DNA of 64,000 nt from Gammaproteobacteria bacterium (GTDB lineage Bacteria; Pseudomonadota; Gammaproteobacteria; Pseudomonadales; Pseudohongiellaceae), in NCBI GenBank assembly GCA_026710425.1, contig JAPORB010000244.1, positions 4,976-68,975 on the forward strand. Reading direction: 5' to 3'. A model generated the notes under the pieces. The model was not told the origin of the DNA and did not search any database. It worked only from the letters and a program-made list of their open reading frames with translations. This document shows, in pieces, positions 18,503 to 25,757 of this stretch (within the stretch, counting starts at the first letter, position 1; each line of letters starts with the position of its first letter). The position numbers were made by a program, and so were the translations under genes.

Positions 18503-20023
18503 TTATCGCTCAGGCAGATCCTGTCGTGGTATGCGGACAATAAATGGCCTGTTATCAAGAGATGCCACATCAATGTCCATAAAATGATGATCTACTCTGC
18601 CAGCTGTGGACATCGTAGTTACTCGGATATCGACCTGCGATGAATCCAGAGTCGCTATGTGAACTGGCATGGCATTCTGGGCATTGTAACCGCTTCCAGT
18701 ATCAACCAGACGCGTTCCCAATAATTTGGAAGTTCCAGCACGGTATACGCGGACCTCACTACCTTGCATTACATAGTTGCCATTGCTGTCCAGCACCTGC
18801 ACCTTGATTGATGGTCGACCGGCCAGATCCGAATCGTTTCTGTATAATGGGTGAGATGCGGCAGGGTCGTTGGCTGCCAGCGATATATCCAAATCCCCAT
18901 CGTTATCATAGTCTGCCATCTGCGCACCATGGTCGGAATCATTCAACCGAATATTTTCAGGAATTCGGTTCTCAAAATGGCTGCCACTGTTAATGAAAAG
19001 GTAGTCTGGCATGCCGGGCTTGCCATTGACATAGCCCACAGCATATAAGTCGGGCAATCCGTCGTTATTCACATCACCCCAAACACCAGTCACAATATGG
19101 TCATGTACCGCCAGACCAACTTCCTTTGCCACATCCGTGAAGCTGCCATCGCCATTATTGCGAAAAAGTGAATCATCACCGTATTCCGCTACATACAGGT
19201 CCAGGTCTCCGTCGTTATCAAAGTCAGTTATGGCGCATCCCACACCACCATCTGTAAGTGGCCTTCTCGACTGATCCATGTCCAGGGCTATGGCAATATC
19301 GGTGAAGTACTCACCATCATTGCGGTACATGCCATCCCGATCTCCGTTTTGGTTGGCCGTGAAGACATCAAGGTCGCCATCTTCATCCATATCGAACCAG
19401 CAACTGCCTACAGTACGTCTGGGCTCAAAAAATCCCCAATTACTGGCCTGATTCTTGAAGTGTGAGTTCTGATTTTCATATAAAAGGTTTGGAGCATTAC
19501 GCAATGCCAGATGCAAATCAAGATCCCCGTCATTATCGAAATCGATAAAGTTCAGCTGCCGTACGATGCCCGTAAAATTCACTCCACGGCTGGTAGCAAC
19601 ATCCTCAAAACCCACCTTCCCGGACTCCATTCTGTTTTCCAGCAATTTGTTGGCGGTGGAACCATCCGCATATGCAATATAAATATCCTGATCACCATCA
19701 CTATCATAATCGGCCCAAGCCACGGAGCGAGGATTACCACCAGTTGGCAGATTCAGGGTATCTGCAATGTCAACAAAGCCACCCACGCCAAGGTTTTCAT
19801 ATAGGCGCACAGCACGATCAAGAAACACTACCAATAAATCAAGGTCACCATCATTGTCAAAGTCGCCCCAAGCGTTCGACTGGGCAAAGGGTGCGGCAAA
19901 AAGCTCGGGTTGCACTGCCGTAAACAGAAGTTCTTCATTCGATTCCGCAACAGCAAACAGACCGGATGATAGGCCGAGGCTGACCCCAATAAGAAATTTG
20001 TAGAATGAATTAACGTAATTCAT
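18503..20023 (-). CDS. secreted FG-GAP/VCBS-repeat protein with ASPIC/UnbV-type C-terminus (CRTAC1 family)
   Basis: Signal peptide followed by at least six copies of the Ca-binding loop D(F/Y)DNDGDLD(L/I/V), spaced about 50-60 aa apart. The C-terminal beta domain reads ...VQVLDSNGN...RVY.... Confidence 0.8.
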   Translation of the reverse strand: MNYVNSFYKFLIGVSLGLSSGLFAVAESNEELLFTAVQPELFAAPFAQSNAWGDFDNDGDLDLLVVFLDRAVRLYENLGVGGFVDIADTLNLPTGGNPRSVAWADYDSDGDQDIYIAYADGSTANKLLENRMESGKVGFEDVATSRGVNFTGIVRQLNFIDFDNDGDLDLHLALRNAPNLLYENQNSHFKNQASNWGFFEPRRTVGSCWFDMDEDGDLDVFTANQNGDRDGMYRNDGEYFTDIAIALDMDQSRRPLTDGGVGCAITDFDNDGDLDLYVAEYGDDSLFRNNGDGSFTDVAKEVGLAVHDHIVTGVWGDVNNDGLPDLYAVGYVNGKPGMPDYLFINSGSHFENRIPENIRLNDSDHGAQMADYDNDGDLDISLAANDPAASHPLYRNDSDLAGRPSIKVQVLDSNGNYVMQGSEVRVYRAGTSKLLGTRLVDTGSGYNAQNAMPVHIATLDSSQVDIRVTTMSTAGRVDHHFMDIDVASLDNRPFIVRIPRQDLPER

Positions 20024-20046
20024 TGCACTTGATGGTTTTTATGCAA

Positions 20047-20123
20047 TGGTCGGGATGAGAGGATTTGAACCTCCGACCCCTGCCTCCCGAAGACAGTGCT
20101 CTACCAGGCTGAGCTACACCCCG
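20047..20123 (-). tRNA. tRNA-Pro (anticodon CGG)
   Basis: The reverse complement reads CGGGGTGTAGCTCAGCCTGGTAGAGCACTGTCTTCGGGAGGCAGGGGTCGGAGGTTCAAATCCTCTCATCCCGACCA. It has a 7-bp acceptor stem, D-arm GCTCAGCCTGGTAGAGC, anticodon stem CTGTC/GGCAG with loop TTCGGGA (CGG), T-arm GGAGGTTCAAATCCTCT and an encoded CCA, for 77 nt in total. Confidence 0.92.
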
Positions 20124-20493
20124 ACTGTTGTTGTCAAAATGATGATGATAAATAAAATGGAATATCTGTATTCTCCAACAAGTCCATCTCAATTAGAGGG
20201 CGAGCACCGAACAGAATTGCTAAACCAGCTTTTTCACTGAGAGTGACACCGTGAGTTTACCAATAAATTTTAACTTCAGTGCCACTTGCCAACTAATGAC
20301 AAATCCTTATCGAGCTGTACTACGGATCAATTGCTATGAGAACTTGATGAAGTCCAATCAATATCCTATATTTCCTATAGTCGATGAACTGCACTTCTGT
20401 CATATCATGTCATTGAGGACCGCCATTCCTGCATTTTCTCTAAGCCGAATTATCCATGAAAATGCGGTCTCAACACCGGATTCTCTGGCAAGT

Positions 20494-22161
20494 CTAGTAG
20501 ATACGGGAACGGTTCAGCTTGATATCCGCATTCCTCCACTGTGATTCAAACTGGCGCTTGGTGATATTTGCTTCCTGCTCTTTACCCTGAGCCTCAAGGG
20601 CCTGATACAGACCAAAGGTGGCCCAGCCGTTCTGCTGACTCCATTCCAGATCCTGTCGGTAAACATCTTCAGCTTCGGCAGCCCGACCCGCCTCCAACAG
20701 AGCTGCACCTAGGTACAACCGCATGGACTGATTCCAGTCCGGTGGCTCGGTATAGTTGAGGTTTTCCTGATACTCAACCGCATGGCCATAATGCATTATC
20801 GCTGCATCAAGATTACCCTTGGCCTCTTCAATCTCACCCCAAAGGGCATGCATAGCCAAGGTTAGGACATGGGAAGCAGGTGTTGGCCCTACATTGGGCT
20901 GGTCTACATCTTCAGCAGCAATTTGCTCACGGATATTCTGCAACTCGGCCTCGGCAGCTTCCAGATGAGCCTTGGCCACATGAGCGCTGCCCATGACAAA
21001 ACTCCAAATACCTCGGTGGTAAGGGGTGGCGGCCTTGGCACTGTTGGTCTCATGATTTGCATGAATTTTGTCCCACTGACCGAACACCTTATCCATGACC
21101 CATTCATGAGCTATTACTTTCGGTCCACGACGGTTGTGCGGATCGACAGTGGTCGCATTGAGGGAGGCCGCTTCCGAAGATGCCTGGTAGTTGCCCTGCA
21201 ACATATTGGCATAACGAACGAAGTCAAGTGCATGGGCCTTATGGCCCTTATGTGAGAGCGGATAGGTACCAATGTATGGAAGATTGGTATCACCCCATAT
21301 TTCAGCGAACTGGTCATCTACGATCTGCGATCTTACATTGATGTCGATGGCCTTTTCATACTCACCCACTCGGAGATAGATATGGCCTGGCATGTGGACC
21401 ATATGTCCACTGATAGGCATTGTGGCTTCCAGCTTCTGGGCTGAGGGCATGGCCAGCTCGGGCTGGGCTGACATTTCCATCAGATGGATATAGAGATGGT
21501 TGGCTCCAGGATGATCGTGCTCCAGCGTCATTGCTTTCTCAAGTGCTGCTTTGGCTTCGGCTGTACCTGGTTTGGCCGTACCATCAAGATTCCAGTAATC
21601 CCAACGGGAAGAGTTCATGTAAGACTCTGCGAACACAGTATGAATATCTGCATCATCTGGGTATTTTTGCGCCAACTGACGCATGGCATCAAGATAGGCC
21701 AAATCCCTTTCCCGGTTATCTGGTATGGCATCCTTGTTGTAAAGTACAAACATGGCGTTGACCAGATCCCGCTCCTTTTCCGTACCGTTGTTGGCCAGTT
21801 CGAGACCCTTGCGTATGGCATCCAAGCCTGTACCCATAGGATCGTCCGGCATATTGTTATAGCGACTATTGGGGTTAGGACCGATGGCATGAGCCATTCC
21901 CCAATAAGGCATGGGATGATCCGGTTCCAGTCTTGACGCTTCCTGATAGGAAGCAATGGACTCTGGAAAATAGAAACCCCAGGCCATGCGAAGACCCTGA
22001 TCAAAGAAACGTTGCGCCTGTTCCGACTTCAGTGAAACCGAGTAGCTGTAGTCGCCACCTCCCGGAACCATGACCGCCAGCGGTTCATCCTGCGCAACAC
22101 CAGATAAACTTGAAAGAAGCAGGCAACCCACTACGGTCATCTTTGCAAATAGATTTAGCAT
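20494..22161 (-). CDS. secreted TPR-repeat protein of unknown function
   Basis: 555 aa with a signal peptide (LLLSSLSGVAQD). It has repeated A/Y/L-rich helical pairs typical of TPR, for example the stretches ending AIDINVRSQIV and AEDVYRQDLEW. Confidence 0.6.
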   Translation of the reverse strand: MLNLFAKMTVVGCLLLSSLSGVAQDEPLAVMVPGGGDYSYSVSLKSEQAQRFFDQGLRMAWGFYFPESIASYQEASRLEPDHPMPYWGMAHAIGPNPNSRYNNMPDDPMGTGLDAIRKGLELANNGTEKERDLVNAMFVLYNKDAIPDNRERDLAYLDAMRQLAQKYPDDADIHTVFAESYMNSSRWDYWNLDGTAKPGTAEAKAALEKAMTLEHDHPGANHLYIHLMEMSAQPELAMPSAQKLEATMPISGHMVHMPGHIYLRVGEYEKAIDINVRSQIVDDQFAEIWGDTNLPYIGTYPLSHKGHKAHALDFVRYANMLQGNYQASSEAASLNATTVDPHNRRGPKVIAHEWVMDKVFGQWDKIHANHETNSAKAATPYHRGIWSFVMGSAHVAKAHLEAAEAELQNIREQIAAEDVDQPNVGPTPASHVLTLAMHALWGEIEEAKGNLDAAIMHYGHAVEYQENLNYTEPPDWNQSMRLYLGAALLEAGRAAEAEDVYRQDLEWSQQNGWATFGLYQALEAQGKEQEANITKRQFESQWRNADIKLNRSRIY

Positions 22162-22499
22162 TGGTCTCCCCTTTTAAAGGTTTTTCTGATTATTATCCTG
22201 TTTCCTCTCCTAATGCCCTATGGCAACCAAGCTAAGGTCAGGACCATTCAATTCGTGAATAGTATAACCTATGTGTGGGCTTCGCAGTGCTCTATATTAC
22301 GAAACAGGGACTTAAATAAATCCAAATGGTGATTCTCCAACCAACTCAGGCTGAACATGCCATCTCAACCATTGTGCCTATAATTATCACCAATCGTTAT
22401 ATTACGGTTTTTGGTTTAACAGAAGGAATGCAACGGTTCTGACCTGTCTGCTGTTCTCTGTTACCCTGTCCAGTCTCAATTATCAACAGAGGCAAACTC

Positions 22500-23120
22500 A
22501 TGAACGAACTTATAATGGAAGTCTTTAGCGACTACATCTGACCCTGGTGCTACCTCAGTACCGTGAGTATTGAAAAACTAAAGGCAAATTACCCCTTGTC
22601 TGTTCGCTGGGTTCACTTTCCCCTGCATCCGCAGACACCACCTGAGGGCCTACCCTTGGTTGAGTTGTTCGCTGGCAAGGATATTGGACCCATGCAACAA
22701 CGAATGCAATCGCTGATGGCCGAAGCCGGGTTGCCCTACAGCGAGCGCAGCCATACCTTTAACAGCAGGCTGGCCCAGGAATTGGGTAAATGGGCTGAAT
22801 CTCAGCCCAAGGGTGATGCCATCCATATTGCCCTTTTTCGTGCTTACTTTGTTGACAAAATTAACCTTCATGATATTGATTGCCTACTCACTATTGCCGA
22901 AAATATTGGTCTGAATCCTGCTGAGGCTAGGGCTGTTTTGGAACAAAGACTGTTCAAGGATTCCGTGGATGCTGACTGGCAACGGTCCCGACAACTGGGC
23001 ATCAACAGCGTACCGACATTTTATGCCAATGACCTGGTGGTTGTGGGATCTCAGCCCTATGAGGTGTTGCAGCGATTTATGGATAATTTGATTGACTCCG
23101 CCAAGGACACAAAATCATGA
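22500..23120 (+). CDS. DsbA/FrnE-family thiol oxidoreductase with an in-frame TGA (22539..22541) at the first CxxC position: candidate selenoprotein or fresh pseudogene
   Basis: ATG 22500 has AGAGG 7 nt upstream. Translation is MNELIMEVFSDYI-TGA-PWCYLSTVSIEKLK..., in the same frame as the track ORF 22563..23120. The rest is collinear with the DsbA_FrnE pattern (HFPLHP, NSRLAQE, FRAYF, LGINSVPTF, GSQPYE). The stop overlaps the next gene's ATG (ATGA). Confidence 0.6.
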
Positions 23121-23782
23121 GCCAAAAAACCGTATTAATCACTTGTGTCGACCGCTACATGGGCGTGGCGATACAACTAAAGTTTGAAGAACTGGGCTTT
23201 CGGATCATCACCGGCAACTACCCAATGCAATCCCAAAACGAGTGCGAAAAACTAATTGAGTCAGCAGGTGAGATCGATATCCTGGTAGCCAATCTGGCAG
23301 AAACACCAAGGGCCTCGCCAGTGCAGAGTATCGACAACAAGGACTGGAGTTATTTGTTCGATTGCCTGGTGCATCCACTGATGTATCTGGTGCGTGCTGT
23401 AACTCCACAAATGCTAGACCGTCAGTCGGGAAAAATTATTGCAATCACCAGTGCCGCCCCTTTGAAAGGTGTTCCCAACCATGCATCCTACTGTGCAGCC
23501 AGAAGTGCACAGAACGGATTCATAAAGGCGGTTGGCATGGAACTGGCCCGGTCCAATATACAGATCAACGCCATTGCTCAGAACTACATTAACAACGACA
23601 CTTATTATCCTGATCAGTTGCTTAATGAGGCAAAATTTGTTGACCACCTTAATCGAAACTTACCGACTCAAAAAGTCGCTGCCGCAGCGGAAACTGCCGA
23701 ATTGGCTGCTTACTTGGCCAGTGATAACTGCACGCACATGGTAGGTCAGATCCTGCCTCTGGCGGGAGGCTGGATAACCTGA
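23117..23782 (+). CDS. halohydrin dehalogenase-like SDR-fold lyase (would normally be auto-annotated as SDR oxidoreductase)
   Basis: There is no TGxxxGxG motif; instead T-CVDR-Y-M-G (T-x4-[F/Y]-x-G) is present. The catalytic pattern is S-x12-Y-x3-R (ITS-AAPLKGVPNHAS-Y-CAA-R). SGKIIAITSA, AIAQNY and C-terminal LAGGW are collinear with HheC as recalled. Confidence 0.75.
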   Translation: MSQKTVLITCVDRYMGVAIQLKFEELGFRIITGNYPMQSQNECEKLIESAGEIDILVANLAETPRASPVQSIDNKDWSYLFDCLVHPLMYLVRAVTPQMLDRQSGKIIAITSAAPLKGVPNHASYCAARSAQNGFIKAVGMELARSNIQINAIAQNYINNDTYYPDQLLNEAKFVDHLNRNLPTQKVAAAAETAELAAYLASDNCTHMVGQILPLAGGWIT

Positions 23783-23812
23783 GTATCGCAGCCCGTTTGC
23801 CGACCAGACATC

Positions 23813-25051
23813 TTAAGGCCCAGCCACAAGGTTGGCATCATGGAGGCCACCTATTTCGGCTTGGCTTAGCCCCAGCAGATCACTGAGTATTTCATCGGTG
23901 TGCTGGCCCAGCAAGGGTGCCGGCGCATTAGTCTCCCGCATTCTCGCTCCAAAATCCAATGGCTGATCCGGCACCACATAGCGACCAATCCCCGGCTGAT
24001 CAATGCTTTGAAATAGGGGATTCTCCACAGAACAATCGGCATCGCTCTTCACAAGTTGCTCAATAGTCTGATACGGCCCCCAACACGCACCCGCAGTGTT
24101 AAGGGCCAAACAAACTTCTTCAAAGTCTCTGGCTTCAAACCATTTGGCAAAAATGACTCTAATAGCTTCCCGAGCCTCAAACCGCTGGCTTTCCTGATCA
24201 AAATCCAGATTTAGTTCCTCCTCCAGTTTGTGGATTATCTGTTCTGACTGCGTTACCTTGACCAGTGCCTGCCATTGATTGGGACTTACACCTACCACCA
24301 TCACACGGCCACCGTCCCGGCACTGAAAATCATGACCGAAGGTACCAAACACATGATTACCCATCGGCTTTCTTCCCTGTTGATTGATCTGGACTTCAGC
24401 AAGGTAACCGAGATGTCCCAGTGTGGCCATAGCCACATCGGCCAATGCCAATCGGATAAACTGTCCTTCTCCACTCAGGCGGCGATGTCGCTCAGCAGCC
24501 AGTAGCCCAAGGGCGATTTGCTGACCTGCGATCACATCCCAGGCAGGGAAAGGATTGTTGATTGGCTTGACTCCGTCGCCACTCAGAAATGGCAGACCGA
24601 CTCGACTGTTTACCGTGTAATCCAGTGCCGTACCACCGTGGCGGTCACCAGTCAGATTCAGGTAAATTAAATCTTCCCGCTTTCTGCGCAGGACCTCATC
24701 AGCAAGCCAGCCCCGCGCCGGAAAGTTGGTCAGAAAGATACCGGCATTATCACCTGTGGCGGTTATTAGATCAGTCAGCAATTCCCGCCCCCGGGGCTGT
24801 CGAAAATCAACAGCAATGGACCGCTTGCCCTTGTTCAGACAGTGCCAATACAGACTTTTACCTTCGGTATTGACAGGCCAGCGATGATAGTCGATACCAC
24901 CACCAATTTGATCGAAGCGAATGACATCAGCACCAAGTTGCGCCAGTGTCATGCCACCGGAAGGTGCAGCGATAAAGGCACTGCCTTCCATAATGCGTAA
25001 GCCTTCTAGCAGATTTTGCATAAGGATTATGGGAGTCTCGACATACAGCAA
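23813..25051 (-). CDS. family III CoA-transferase, 2-methylfumaryl-CoA isomerase (Mct)-like
   Basis: LEGLRIMEGSAFIAAPSGGMTLAQLGADVIRFD, GKRSIAVD, FLTNFPARGWL and LLAAERHRRLSGEGQ are collinear with the CaiB/BaiF family, and closely with Mct-type members as recalled. The likely start is ATG 25021 (MQNLLEGL...). Confidence 0.85.
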   Translation of the reverse strand: MLYVETPIILMQNLLEGLRIMEGSAFIAAPSGGMTLAQLGADVIRFDQIGGGIDYHRWPVNTEGKSLYWHCLNKGKRSIAVDFRQPRGRELLTDLITATGDNAGIFLTNFPARGWLADEVLRRKREDLIYLNLTGDRHGGTALDYTVNSRVGLPFLSGDGVKPINNPFPAWDVIAGQQIALGLLAAERHRRLSGEGQFIRLALADVAMATLGHLGYLAEVQINQQGRKPMGNHVFGTFGHDFQCRDGGRVMVVGVSPNQWQALVKVTQSEQIIHKLEEELNLDFDQESQRFEAREAIRVIFAKWFEARDFEEVCLALNTAGACWGPYQTIEQLVKSDADCSVENPLFQSIDQPGIGRYVVPDQPLDFGARMRETNAPAPLLGQHTDEILSDLLGLSQAEIGGLHDANLVAGP

Positions 25052-25757
25052 AATGATTGATGAGAATAGTCTGGCATTGTTTAATTCACTTGTAAGGAAA
25101 AGTCACATCAAGCAACTCTTTTCAGATTTGGCATTAATGCTTATTAGGCATCGTTGTTGCCGAGCAAAGCTGATGTAATCAGTCATTCCATATTGAGCAT
25201 TGGATATGACAGGAGTCATTAACCAAATGCAACAAAATACAATTGCAAATTTGTGGCCAATTCTCGAATACAATCTATCTTTATATTTTACCAATCTGTT
25301 GCATGGCAATGCTAAAAATTATTGTTGATCAGCTACAATAAACTAACTATCTATTCATAAGTTAGTACTTAATCTCAAATTAAAGCTATTTATTAGGTCA
25401 GGTATACAAAACTTGCTTTTTTAAACAGATTCTATTTTCATGCATACAAAATACAAATATTTATATATATAAATATAAGATCTCACATATAAACTTATCA
25501 TTTACTTATCAAATTAAGCAAGCTGGCAACGATTTAGTCAGATTTGAAATAAAGAGAAAAGGTCGCTTGACAAATGCTGTGGAGATATCTTGATCGGCAA
25601 CTTGAACATACGCCACTCACCTTTTGCGGATCTTTCTCCGAGGATATTTGCTTGTATCTCTGCAACTACTGAAGCCCTTTGTGGCAACTAGAACTCAGTC
25701 CATAACGGGTTATCGGTCCTTGGTTAGGTAGTGGGAGTGCTCCCTTATAAGCTGAAA

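Noticed and set aside
20124-20493. Sequence flanking tRNA-Pro examined as a possible genomic-island integration site
   Set aside because: No integrase is present, and I saw no direct repeat of the tRNA 3' end. The tRNA 3' side abuts the CRTAC1-like gene start directly. ORF 20251..20544 overlaps the end of the TPR gene and looks spurious.
25430-25500. TA-rich simple sequence (TATATATATAAATATAAG) checked as a possible repeat array or CRISPR-like feature
   Set aside because: There are no regularly spaced direct repeats or spacers. It is just low-complexity AT-rich DNA.
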